Below, piece by piece: positions 49,580 through 62,805 of a DNA stretch of 64,000 bases. Origin of the DNA: Mobula hypostoma. Taxonomy: Eukaryota. A model generated the notes under the pieces. The model worked only from the letters and a program-made list of their open reading frames with translations. It had not been told where the DNA came from and did no database searches. The stretch lies in contig NC_086108.1 of NCBI RefSeq assembly GCF_963921235.1, forward strand, positions 84,942,001 to 85,006,000. Reading direction: 5' to 3'. Each line of letters opens with the position of its first letter. The stretch's first letter is position 1. The translations under genes and the position numbers were made by a program.

Positions 49580-50850
49580 ATTGTGCAACAAGTCCACCAC
49601 TGGATCCTTGACTCCCTAACAGGCAGACCACAATCTATGCGGATTGGAAATAACACCTCCACCTCGCTGACAATCAACACTGGTGCACCACAGGGATGTG
49701 AGCTTAGACCTCAGGTCTACTCTCTCTGCACCCATAACAGTGTAGCTAAACACAGCTCAAATACCACCTATATATTTGCTGATGACACAACTATTGGCAG
49801 AATTTCAGATGGTTATGAAAGGATGTACAGGAGTGAGATTTACTAGTTAGTTGAGTTGTGTCACAACAACTACCTTGCACTCAATGTCAGCAGGACCAAA
49901 AAGCTGATTATGGATTTCAGTGAGGGTAAGATGAGGGAAGACAAACCGATCCTCATAGAGGGATCAGAAGTGGAGAGAGTGAGCAATTTTAAATTCTTGG
50001 GTGTCAATATCGCTGAGGACCTAACCTCGACTCAACATATTGATGCAGCTATAAAGAAGGCAAGATAGCAGCTGTATTTCATTGGGAGATGGCAGAGAGG
50101 AAGAAGCTGTTCCTAAATCCCTGAGAGTGTGGCTTCAGGCTTCTGTACCTCCTTCCCAACAGTAAGAAGAGGGTATGTCCTGGGTGGTGAGGGTCCTTAA
50201 TAATGGATGCTCCTTGAAGTTGTCTTTTGCACACTGGCTGAATGCAGTCTTTCATTGATTCTGCTATAGTTATTATTCTATGGATTTATTGAGTATGCTC
50301 ACAAGAAAATGAATCTCATTTTTGAACTTGGTGACATATATATGGTGATAATAAATTTATGAGGGGTGACTAATAAGTTCATGGCCTAAGGGTAGGAGGA
50401 GTCAATTTTAGAAAACCTAACACATTTATTTTTCAACATAGTCCCCTCCTGCATTTACACACTTAGTCCAGCGGTCGTGGAGCATACAGATCTTGGACCT
50501 CCAGAAAGTGTCCACCGCAGGAGTGGTTGATAAGTTTGTGGCCTAAGGTAGAAAGAGGAGAGTTATTAACTTCAAACTTTCTGCATAATCACTCAGAGTT
50601 GAACTGCATTTACATGTAATGAGAGCCATATAACTCATCTCCTTCTACCTTAGGCCATGAACTTATCAATCACCCCTGCTGTGGACCACTTTCTAGAGGC
50701 CCAAGATCTGTATGCTCCACGGCCGCTGGACTAAGTGTGTAAATGTAGGAGGGGACTATGTTGAAAAATAAATGTGCTAGGTTTTCTAAAAGTGACTCCT
50801 TCTACCTTAGGCCACGAACTTATCAATCACCCCTTGTACTTTGAACTTTC
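49580..50850 (+). mobile_element. Rex1/Babar RT 3' fragment with a mariner MITE inserted in its tail
   Basis: [33 protein letters not shown]. Confidence 0.85.
50360..50836. mobile_element. Second copy of the four-TIR mariner MITE, centre in opposite orientation to 1502-1986
   Basis: TA|TGAGGGGTGACTAATAAG...TTATCAATCACCCCTTG|TA. Removal restores the Rex1 tail ataataaattTActttgaact. Confidence 0.88.
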
Positions 50851-51974
50851 AATAGCAAGACCATTCAATGTGGAAAGATTGACAAAAATAAAGTTAAGAG
50901 AAGAGGTCTCATTGAAATACAAACTTCATACAGGCTCAGGCAAGTGGGTTGCAGGGAGGATATTTCCCTTCGCTGAGTTTCTAGAACAAGGGTCATAGAC
51001 TTGGAATATGGGGTAATACATTATTCTTCACTCAAAGGCTGGTGGTGGAATTCTCTACACAAAAAACTGCGGAGTCAGAGTAGCTAAAAATGTTGAAGAG
51101 GAAGAAAGATAAATTATTAAATAAAAACAAAGGGAATGAGCAGGGTAGGTATACTGTAGAAAATCAGCCATGATCAGATTGCACAGTGGAGCAGGCTCAA
51201 AGGGCTGAACTACCCAATTTTTTATATTTCATATTTTATTTAAGATATTAATCTACGGCCCCACATATTCTCCACATGGACCCAAAAGACCGTTTGGCAG
51301 TATTTTGAAGAATATCTGTGGAATTATGCCTGATCTTCTGAATAATATACATTTTAAAGGAAACATTATTATAACATGGATTATCTAATCATGGAAATGT
51401 TTCTTTTGGAGAAAGTATGCTATGAAACTGGCTGCTATGTTGCCTATATTTCATGAGCACTTCATTGAACGTAGAACAATGCAGCATAGTGCTGGCCCTT
51501 TGGCTCACAGATGTTGTGCCAACCCTTCCTTCCCTCAAAGCCCTCCATTTTACTTTCATCCATGTGGCCATTTGAAGAACCTTGTGAAGTCCTAAAAGAT
51601 GTACAAGAAACTCAGTACAAACATAACCAGTTCCTTTCCTTTGACTTTGAAGAGGTTGATTATACTCTGAAATTGCTATCTAGGAACATTCTGCTAATTA
51701 CAAGATTTTATGTAAATGTGAGCTTCTGCTGTTGTGGAAGGCATAATAAGACAGGAAACAAGCAAACTGAGTTTGAGTGCTTCTGGGATCCAGACTACTG
51801 ACAGCAGGTAACTCAAAGCAATGGAACAAACCACTAACAGTATCTCTGGATAAGGAAACAAACTCAGAATGATCCACCAGGCAAACATCTTCAATACTGA
51901 AATTCTAGTTACACTCAATCAGCCACATCAGCATCATTCAATACTTGACAACAGATTCCAGAAACAAACACTAC

Positions 51975-52900
51975 ACTCCGTAACTTCTGCCATCTCAACG
52001 GGATCCCACCACCAAGCACCTTTCCCACCCCAACCCCAACATTTTGCTTTCCGCAAGGACCATTCCCTACGTGACTCCTGTCCACTCGTCCCTCCCCACT
52101 GATCTGCCTCTTACACCTGCCCCTACACCTCCTCCCTCACTACCATTCAGGGCCCCAAACAGTCCTTCCAGGTGAGGCAACACTTCACCTGTGAATCTCG
52201 AGGTCATATACTGTGTCTGGTGCTCCCGCTGTGGCCTCCTGTATACCGGTGAGACCAGATGTAGATTAGAGGACTGCTTTGTTGAGCACCTATGCTCTGT
52301 CCACCAGAAGAAGTGGGATCTCATTTTAATTCTACTTCCCATTCCTATTCCATTATGTCAATCCATGGCCTCCCCTATTGTCGAGATAACACCACACTCA
52401 GGTTGGGGGAACACCACCTTACATTCTGTCTGGGTTGCCTCCAACCTGATTACATGAAGATAGATTTCTCCATTCCTTCCCTCCACCCCCTTTCACCATT
52501 CCACATCCCCTTTTCCTCCCTCACCTTATTTCCTTGTCTATCCATCACCTCCCTCTGGTGCTCCTCCCCCCCTTTTTTCTTTCTTCCATGGCCTTGTCTT
52601 CTCTTATTAGATTCCCCCTTTTCCACCCCCCGTATCTCTTTCACCAATCAACTTCCCAGTTCTTTACTTCAGCCCTTCCCCACCCAATTTCACTTATCAC
52701 CTCGGGTTTCTCTCTTCCTTCCCCCGCTCCCCACCTTTCAACTATTCCTCAACGTTTTTTCTCCAGTCCTGCTGAAGGGTCTCAGCCCAAAATGTCAGCT
52801 GTACTCTTTTCCATAGATACTCCCTGGCCTGCTGAGTTTCTCCAGCATTTTATGTGCGTTGCTTGGATTTCCAGCATCTGCAGATTTTGTCTTGTTTGTG
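51975..52900 (+). mobile_element. Older Penelope 3' fragment
   Basis: VIYCVWCSRCGLLYTGETR. Degenerate hammerhead at 52764-52801. Confidence 0.85.
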
Positions 52901-53219
52901 ATTGGGTTACTCCATTCCAAGGTCTGATATGACTACCAGGCAGTCACAGAGAGATAAAAAAAAATCAAAGACTCGGTCAAAGCCTCCTTAAAGCTATGCA
53001 AAAGCCCCATTTACTGCTGGGAATTTCTGGACAATGCAGGGAACAGCAAATGTGGATATCCAGTACACCGAGAAAGCAAATGATAATACTGTTCCTCTCT
53101 CAATGTATCAGGAGAATTAAAGGCGATGTCTTTATGCCAGGGCCAGATCAGTCACAGTCATATGACTTTGGTGACATGTCACTGTCTTTTGACACAGTCA
53201 CAAGACATTAGAGGCGTAA

Positions 53220-53745
53220 TTTAGAGTATTGTGTGCAGATCTAGTCATCTACATTTTTTCAAACTCACAGATACAAGGATGCTACCAGAACTGGAGTACA
53301 TAAGTTGAATAGGGGAAAAGTTGAATAGGTTAGAACTTCATTCCCTAGAGCATGGGAGAATGAGGGGAGATTTGATAGAGGTACACCAAATTATAAGAGG
53401 CATAGAGAGGGTAAATGCAAGCAGGCTTTTTCCACTGACATTAGGCAAGACTAGAACTACAGGTCATGGGTTAAGGGTGAGAGGTGAAATGTTTAAGGGA
53501 ACCTGAGGGAGAACTTCTTCACTTCAAGGGTGGTGAAAGTGTGGAACGAGCTGCCAGAAATGATGGCCGCAGGTTTGATTTCAATATTTGAGATAAATTT
53601 TAATAGTTACATGGACAGAAGGGTGTGGAGAGGTATGGTCTGTCCGGGTGCAAGTTGATGGGACTAGGCAGAATAGTTTGTCATGGACTAGATGATTCAA
53701 ATGGCTTGCATCTGTGCTGTAGTGTCCTATAATTCTATGACTCTA
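53220..53745 (+). mobile_element. CR1 3' fragment
   Basis: LEHGRMRGDLIEV...TRTTGHGLRVRG and CR1 3' UTR. Confidence 0.82.
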
Positions 53746-56607
53746 TTTGGAATGGCAAGGCAGGCCGTAGGGTCCATTTAACCTACTTGTTTCTCTTATT
53801 TTCTCTTGAAGCAATGCATAACACTGTTTTCTAACAGAGATATTGTGTGTGTGGGGGGGGGAAGAGAAATAAGTGTAGAGACTGATATGTCAAATGGCTC
53901 ACAGTGTTAGTAAATTTGGCTGCAATTTCAGATGAGGCTACATAATGAAACAATGACAATTTGCAATTGTTATCCAAGTGAGATCCTCAAGGGCTTGTCA
54001 ATAGTAAGAGCTGTTGGTCATGAAGTTATTCATCATTTGAAATTAATTCAATTTGCAGCAGGTGTTAAACTTTTGAACAGTGAACATAGTCTAGAGACAA
54101 CGAAGCTCTTCCATTTTAAAGACTGCTTTGAAGTAGTACAAGATCAGACTGGAAATGCAGAGTCTGAATTCAGGAAGACTGGCTTCAATGTAGGATCCTC
54201 ACTTTTATCCAAATATCCTGCAGGAACATCCATTCAGACTGTGCTTCCAAAAGTTGCAAAGAAGGTAGGGTAGGGATGGTAAGACAAAAATATCTCAGAT
54301 AGGATGCAGCCAGGATTGCTGAAGTTATTCATTCTCCCTCACCCTTGCTGCCACCTGTTTTCGTATGAAAGGATTCTCTCTGAAATGTTATCACTTTCTC
54401 TTGCCACAGTTGCTGACTGATCTACTGAGAATTTGCAAAGTTTACTTTGGAATTATTGGAACAAATATTCCAATATTTTTTGTCAGCAGCATTCCATCAG
54501 AACTGAAATTATACTTTGTTCTTCTGCCTCCACAAACGCTGGTGATTTGCTATCCAACATCTACTGAATTCTACTTCTGTTTTCCAACTAACAGTTTTCC
54601 TTGATATTGGGAACATTTGAATCAAATTACCACTTACTTCCAGAGAATATAATCTCAATGCGTGTTATCTCATTATCTTAACAGATAGTGATAAAAGAAT
54701 TGAACTGACAAATCAAACGTCCACTCCAAGGTCAATATATGCTTGACAGTATTATGACTACAACTGATCATAAAAATTTACATGCAGTCAGATTTTAACT
54801 TCTATTCCCTTATTTTTACCTTCTAAATATAAAGATAAGTGTTCCAATATCGTACTTGACTGTTTTCTCCATGAAGTGGTGGTCCAGTGAGAGCTCCAAG
54901 TACATACTTTGGTTTTCAACATTTAAAGAAAAGACTAGCATTTTGGACAGGCGCCTTTCAAACCTTTTTGAAAGTAATTTGTAGCCAATGATGTACTCTT
55001 CAAGTACAATTACTGATGTTAGGAATAAAACTTGGTAGTCTTCTGAACACAGCATCATTGTGGGGAAAAAAATCAGTGCAAATGGAGAAAAGAGAGATAC
55101 AAGTGACCTGAATATGCCAATGATTGCTCATGATATCCAAAAAGAAACCCCTACTGTTATTTTGTGGGATTAGCAGCGAATGTAATAAAATTATCTGATA
55201 ATGGTCAATATGGGGCAAGTAAAAATTGGGCATGTGGGAAAAAGCTAAAAATGGAGGAACACTAAAGTTTCAGGGTTACAGAACTGAACTCTGTTACAGA
55301 GGTAAGGCAGACTCACATGTGCATTTGAATATGATGAGCATTTTCAGTCTACTAAGTTATTAATGTAAATAATTTTATATATCTTTATAAAATTAAAGGC
55401 AAAGAGTTCTCCCTCTAACAATTCAAAAATATTGCCATTATATTCAGTGTTATTAGAAGTATGATTGACTCAATATTTTTAAAAGTCACCTAATTGATTT
55501 TAAACAGTTGTACAACAACCCTTGTTCATATCCTGCAGCAGCTCTTCTAGCTACCTTTACATTAATTCATGTTTCCACACTGATTTCATTGGGTTTCAGG
55601 CACTGGTTCACAATGTAGATCCTACAATTAACCACTTCTCATTTCTTCTATTTAAGAACTGGAAACCTATTGACTTACTTTCATTTCATCAAAAGTGAAT
55701 GCTCTATTTCTGGAATCATAGCAATGTATTCAGGAAAATACAACTAAATTCATTGTTATGGTTGCAGTTTAAAAATAAGCGGCACAATCTCACAAACCAT
55801 CTTATTCAAGGCTTGATGAATTATGACAATTTTGTCGACCCAAGTTCTTTTGTATGAACATTTCAGTTCACCATTAGTTATTAGTACATATTCAGATTTT
55901 TTCATATTTCCAAATTAACTGGAAATTTCAGCTTTGTATGGTAACTTACTTCCGAGTAGAACTATTGCTTCTGCCTGCTCGTTCCACAGACCTTCTCTTC
56001 ATTTCTTGGCTCCATCCTCTCTTCCCCGGTCCTTTTCCATTTAATGGCTACATTATTTCAGCCTACTGCAGACATACCCTTTTTTTTACCACTGGCCTTG
56101 CCCCCCATTACATACCCTCAGCTTCTCTGCTCCTCAGACTAATTTGCTTCCTCTCTTTCTCAGCTGAAGGGACTCAGATGCTGCCTTAGCTGCTGAGTTT
56201 TTCCAGTATTGCCTGTTTTTTTAATATGCAAATTTTTGTTTGGGATGATACTTGTGTTGCAATGAGTTAATATGAAATCTGCCACCTTTCAAAAATCAAA
56301 GTTCAAAGTAAATTTATTATCAAAATCCATATATGTCAAATACTATCCAGGGATTCATTTCCTTGCAGGCAATCGCAGTAAAACAAAGAAGTACAATAGA
56401 ATCAATGAAAAACTACAAAAAAACTCACAAATAGTGCAAATACAAACATGTAATAATACTAATATTAATTAATTAATAAATAAATAAAACAGAGAACATA
56501 AGTTGTAGATTCCTTTAAAGTGAGTCCAGAAGTTGTGTTCAATGATCAATTCGGTGCTGTGGTGAATGATGATGTCCACACTGGTTCAGAAGCCTGACGG
56601 TTAAAGG

Positions 56608-57040
56608 ACATACACAGAATGCAAGAGGTTGCAGCTGCTCTTTGAGTTCCTCGGAGAGCTACTTCTGCAGTTCTGGTTACACTTTAGTCCCGCACTCCTC
56701 ATCTATGGGCATCCAGTTCGAAAGGGGGCAGGGCGAGAGGAGGGTCTCCTGGTGGGCTTGGTTTGGGCTAGGCCAAGATGGCCATCCATTGGTCTAGGTG
56801 GTGGAAGGTGGAGGACACTGCCCGGGCCAACTCCCTGCCCCTTTTCGGAGGACATGTCCGTGCCAGGCTGTCCTTGGAGAAGGAGAACATGGTCGTGGCA
56901 GGCACACTGGGGGATTTCCATGAGTAGTGTGGACTGTTTAATAGACAGTAGCGGCTATATAGGAATTTAAATGCAACTACCGTCTTGTAAATATTGAATG
57001 TCTTGGAAACAAACTTTTATCATTTTGATAAAAAAAAGAA
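56608..57040 (+). mobile_element. Tx1 (L1-clade) non-LTR retrotransposon 3' end with poly(A)
   Basis: ECKRLQLLFEFLGELLLQFWLHFSPALLIYGHP, then after a frameshift GLAKMAIHWSR...LPLFGGHVRARLSLEKE, resembling Tx1 ORF2 C-termini. A-run at ~57029-57037. Confidence 0.7.
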
Positions 57041-58250
57041 CAATAACTGCTTCTGAAGACCCAAGGCTCCTGTACCTTCTTCCTAATGGTAACAAGAATA
57101 ACTTCAGTTTATTTTTTTCATATTTCAAATGGCTTTAAATTTTTACAACATATTCATGCTGAGAGATTTGAGGGAATTTTAACTGTCATGCCAGTAAGAA
57201 ATTATCTTTTTTGCAGTTTCTACAGGCTTTCTGTCACTTTAGTTGACACAAATAAGATCGTGTATGTGTTTATATAACATTATTGTGTCACAATGGAATC
57301 ATGGTGACATGTCCTTTGTGATGTTAAATATCCATTTATATGTGGTATTCAAGTGTAGACTAACATTTCAGTTATGTGAGCCAAATAATCTTCAATAAAT
57401 TTCAGAGAACAATATTTACTTTGTGAGTGGTTGTATAGCAAATCTGGCCAATTGCCAAATTAAATTAAAATATAAAGTCATTTCAATTTCACACTGAATT
57501 TTTCCACCTTATAGGACAGTGCACAGAAACATCAATCAGTCTGGAAGGAAAAACAAATGTCTCCAATTCATTGCTGACACTAATTCTGCATTGGAGCTAC
57601 ATGAATGAAATGTTTTTACGGTGACATGATACTAAAACCATACAATTTTACAAGCTATTACTGAAAGAAACAGCAGCCAGCAAGAGACTGAGGTGCAAAC
57701 TACATAATGACCTAATGACTTAACACACTTAAATCAATTTATCAGACAAAATATACAAATAAGGGATCATTTTCCTTAAACTGATACTGTTGTCTCCACT
57801 CTTGGCTCCAACCCATGACACTGAAAAAAAAGAGCTGGAAAATGCCAACTGAATGAATAAAAAGAACAGAGGTAATGCAAACTATGGGGAATTGAGGGAT
57901 AACCTGTGACATTTTCATCAGTATTGCTTCCAGGTTTAGCAGAATAATCAACAAATTTAGTTTTTAAAAACGCCTCCAATGCAGCCTGTATTTTCTTTTA
58001 AACAAATTGCAAATATAAAATTGCACCTGAATGAGCCCTCCGGTTTTTTTGAACTATAAGCTCTGATAGTAAAAGATCTAATTCAGAGAAGTGAAATCAA
58101 TACATCTACAGTCCATGCTAATAAAAAGGTACCTTAAATCTCAGATTAATACTTTTGCTGCATCCCATAAGAACAAAAATCTATCAAAACAACCAATCAT
58201 CAATTTCATAACATTGTTAGCTACAGAGAAAATAAAGTTATTAACTTTGA

Positions 58251-58482
58251 GTAACACACAAACAAAATGCTGGTGGAACGCAGCATCCATAGGAAGAAGT
58301 ACAGTCAACATTTCAGGCTGAGACCCTTTGACAAGAAGGGTCTTTCATCCTGACGAAGGGTCTCGGCCTGAAACGTCGACTGTACTTCTTCCTATGGATG
58401 CTGCCTGGCCTGCTGCGTTCCACCAGCATTTTGTGTGTGTTGCTTGAATTTCCAGCATCTGAAGATTTCCTCGTGTTTGCAC
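58251..58482. mobile_element. 232 bp Penelope-derived hairpin element with perfect 12 bp TSD and an intact hammerhead core (58350-58377, plus strand)
   Basis: TSD tattaactttga at 58239-58250 and 58483-58494. CTGACGAagggtctcggcctGAAACGTC. Confidence 0.88.
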
Positions 58483-59887
58483 TATTAACTTTGACTTTGG
58501 TTCAATAATATCTCATTAACTGCAAAAACATCACAACTTTTAGTCTACTTTGTACTTGTCCTATATTTTAATATTTGACTCTCCCTATTTTCATTCCCAA
58601 ATTTCAGAATCAGAATCACTTCGTTGTCAGTCTTTGATATATAATAGAATTTATTGTGGTTTGTTACTAAGCATAAAAACAAGTTGATAACGTAACAGAC
58701 AACACAATAGCAACCAATAATTTACAAGACAATAGTGTAAACAGCCATGAACAATCAACAATTAGCAGAATGGTCATATATGCAAAGGTCAATAATAAAA
58801 CTTAAATAAATGTGAACATATGAACAGACACAGCAAAACAAAGAGAGCAGGAAAGACTATTTAAGTGATGTTGTACGGAACAATTAGGGTATTACACCCG
58901 AGTGAGTTTTCTTGAGAAGCTTGGAAGCTACACGAAAGAAGCTTCAGAGATGACATGCAGTCCTGGTGGTGATGGATTCGAGGTATCTTCCTGATGGCAA
59001 TTTTGAGAATAGGTGACTGCCTGGGCGGGTGGAGTCAGTAGTAAACTTTTTCCAGTTCTTTTCTTCACGCTAGCAATGATGACTTTCCACCTCGATTCCC
59101 AAACCCGCACTAAACAAGAAGTTTGTTCCATCCCGTTCAAAGACAACAACTAGCTCCAATTCTCCACAAACCAAAAATATTTCCTCCTGCACTAATTCTG
59201 TATTCAATCATTAAGATAGTTAATTTCAATGTTCTAGCACAAGGCATCAATAGCAATTCAGAAAATATATTTCAGATACTGAATTATAAAAGTGGCAATT
59301 CCTCCACCACTGTCTTCTGTTTCATCTCAGTTTATTCTTTCCCTTCTATAGCACTCTTGCCTTTTTGTGCAAAGCAATACCCACCCCTATTACACCAAAA
59401 TATTGTATCTATGCAAAGGGGGATCCATTTGAGCTGCACTCCAAACATAAGTAAACAACTGTGGTAAAATTTGCTTAGACTTCTTTTGTTCTGTGAAATA
59501 TCAACAGGAGAACATTTATCCCACTTTAGTAAAACATTTTCAGGCCGATATCATCATCTTAGTGATTCACCTGTAAACTGGTTATATTAGTGTTTCTGAT
59601 GTCAATAGTTTCCTTCAAGAGTATATATCTCATAAATAATTAAGCAACTCTTTCACTCATTAATGCAAGTTGCACTCAGTTAAAATCAATACAGGATGTC
59701 CCAATTCCCTATTCTGCTTGAGTTAGTAAGGCATGAAGTTATTTAAAACTGGCCTTTAGTCTTATGGACTAGATCTTAATGGTTAATTGCATTAAGACTT
59801 GTAGTACCTCAAGATCTTCAGTTTCCCATTTAGCCTTTTCTCACATTTGCTGACAATAGCTGGCATTGTTCACATTATTTTATATCA

Positions 59888-62390
59888 TAAGGCCATAAGA
59901 CATAGGAGCAGAATTAGGTTATTCAGCCCATCAAATCTGCTCCACCATTCCATCATGACTGATCCTGGATCCCATTCAATCCATAAGCCTGCCTTCTCGC
60001 CATATCCTTTGATACCCTGACCAATCAGTAAAAGATCAACTTCCACCTTAAATATACCCACGGACTTGGCCTCCACTGCAGTCTGTGGCAGGGCATTCCA
60101 CAGACTTACTCAGCTCGAGCTAAAAAAACTGCCCCTCATTGCCTCTCAATTTTGTACTCTGCCCTCTAGTTCTCCACCATACCCTATCTAGTTCTTTCAA
60201 CATTCGGGAGGTTTCAAGGTTTCAATGAGATTTCCCCCACATTCTTCTAAATTCCAGTGACTACAGGTGCAAAGCTGCCAAATGATCCTCATATGTTAAC
60301 CCCGTCATACCCAGAATCATCCTCATGAACCTCCTCTGGACTCTCTCCAATGACAACACATCCTTTCGGAGATATGGGGCCCCAAACTGTTGACAGTACT
60401 CCAAGGGCGGCCTGACTAGTGTCTTATAAGGCTCAACATTATTGCCTTGCTTTTATGTTCTATTCCCCTTAAAATAAATAAGAACATTGCATTTGCAATG
60501 ATTATATTATTATTAATCATTACCACTGACTCAACCTGTAAATTAATCTTCTGGGAGTCTTGCACAAGGACTCCTAAAGCTCTCTGCAACTCTGATGTTT
60601 GAACCTTCTCCCTATTTAGATAATACTCTGCACTATTGTTCCTTTTACCAAACTGCATTAACATATATTTCCCAACACTGTTTTCCATCTGTCACTTTTT
60701 TGCCCATTCTTCCAATTTGACCAAGTCCTGCTGCAATCACACTGCTTCCTCAGCACTATCCACGGCTCCACCTATCTTCATGTCATCCGCAAACTTTGCC
60801 ACACAGCCATCAATTCCATTTTCTAAATCATTGCCAAACAATGTGAAAAGCAGCAGTCCTAATACTAACCCGAGGAATACCGTCCCAACCGTTCAACAGA
60901 CGACGCCATTGATATCACCATCCACCTGGCCCTAACCCACCTGGACAAAAAAAACACATATGTTCGAACGCTGTTCATAGACTTCAGTTCAGTATTCAGC
61001 ACAATCATTCCTCAGAAACTGACTGGAAAGCTGAGCCCACTGGACCTGAACACCTCCCTCTGCAACTGGACCCTAGACCTCCTGACTGGGAGACCTCAGT
61101 CAGTCTGGATTAGAAGCAGCATCTCCAACACCATCACACTGAGTACAGGGGCCCCCCAGGGCTGTGTGCTCAGTCCACTGCTGTTCACTCTGCTGACCCA
61201 CGACTGTGCTGCAACACACAATGTGGTGGGTCTCATCAGCAATAATGATGAGTCAGCATACAGAAAGGAGGTGCAGCGGCTAATGGACTGGTGCAGAGCC
61301 AACAACCTGTCTCTGAATGTGAACAAAACAAAAGAGATGGTTGTTGACTTCAGGAGGACACAGAACAACCACTCTCCGCTGAACATCGACGACTCCTCAC
61401 AGAGATCATTAAGAGTACATTTCTTGGTGTTCACCTGGCGGAGAATCTCACCTGGTCCCTCAACACCAGCTCCATAGCAAAGAAGGCCAGGCAGTGCCTC
61501 TACTTTCTGCGAAGGCTGAGAAAAGTCCATCTTCCACCCCCCATCCTCACCACATTCTACAGAGGTTGTATTGAGAGCATCCTGAGCAGCTGCATCACTG
61601 CCTGGTTCAGAAATTGCACCCGTCTCAGATCTCAAGATCCTGCAGCGGATAGTAAGGTCAGCTGAGAAGATGATCAGGGTGTCTCTTCCCGCCATTAGAG
61701 ACATTTACACCACACGCTGCATCCGTAAAGCAAACAGCATTATGAAGGACCCCACGCACCCCTCATGCAAACTCTTCTCCCTCCTGCCATTTGTGAAAAG
61801 GCACCGAAGTATTCGGGCTCTCACGACCAGACTATGTAACAGTTTCTTCCCCCAAGTCATCAGACTCCTCAATACCCAGAGCCTGGACTGACACCAACCT
61901 ACTGCCTTCTACTGTGCCTATTGGCTTGTTTATTATTTATTGTAATGCCTGCACTGTTTTGTGCACTTTATGCAGTCCTGGGTAGGTCTGTAGTCTAGTG
62001 CAGTTTTGTGTTTTTTTTTACATAGTTCAGTGTAGTTTTTGTATTGTTCATGTAGCACCATGGTCCTGAAAAACATTGTCTCGTTTTTAGTGTGTACTGT
62101 ACCAGCAGTTATGGTCGAAATGACAATAAAAGTGACCTGACTTGACTAGTCACTGGCAGCCAACCAGAAAAGGCCCCTTTTATTCCCACTCACTGCCTTC
62201 TGCCTGTCAGACATTCCGCTATCCATGCCAGTAACCTTATTGTAACACCATAGGATTTTATCTTGTTAAGCAGACTCATGTGTGGCACCTTATCATAAGC
62301 CTTCTGAAAATCCACTTCTCCTTTGTCCACCTTGATTGTTACTTCCTTGAAGAACTCTTAAACAGCTTTGTCAGACAAGATTTTGCTGCT
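59888..62390 (-). mobile_element. CR1 RT fragment interrupted by Rex1/Babar
   Basis: AKFADD, FGKRN, EAKSVGIFKVEVD. Continues at ~62148-62390. Confidence 0.82.
60882..62148 (+). mobile_element. Rex1/Babar RT 3' fragment with (TGACT)n-like tail
   Basis: [61 protein letters not shown]. Confidence 0.9.
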
Positions 62391-62486
62391 GTTAGACAAG
62401 TAACTAGCCAAAACCTTTTTGGACCAAACATGAATTTTAAAACCTTTTGACATACAGATTAAGCAAAGCCATCACCTGAGAAATAA

Positions 62487-62805
62487 GTGGCACAATAGCA
62501 CAGATGGTACAGCTGCTGTTTTACAGCTCAAGTGATCCAGGATCAATCCTGATTTCTGGTACTGTGTGGAAAGTGCCTCTTCTCCCTATGACTACATGAG
62601 ATTTTTCTGGATGCTCCAAGTTTCCTCCCACATTTTAAAACATGCAGGTTGTTAGATAAATTGGCTCAGTGTGTGTTTAAGTGGTAGAATTTGATGGGAG
62701 TGGGAGATTAAATGATATTGTGCATGAATTGTGTAAGTGGGTGCTTGATTGTCAGCATGCACTTGGTGGATCACAGGATGTTTCTGTGCTATATGATACC
62801 ATGAC
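62487..62805 (+). mobile_element. Old V-SINE with CR1-like tail
   Basis: ccaggatcaatcctg B-box-like motif; cttctccctatgactacatgagatttttctggatgctccaagtttcctcccacat V-domain remnant. Confidence 0.6.

Noticed and set aside
55944..56020. Strong minus-strand donor AA|GTAAGT that could give phase 1
   Set aside because: In-frame TGA a short distance upstream, no signal-peptide character, and adjacent to a decayed Penelope tail.
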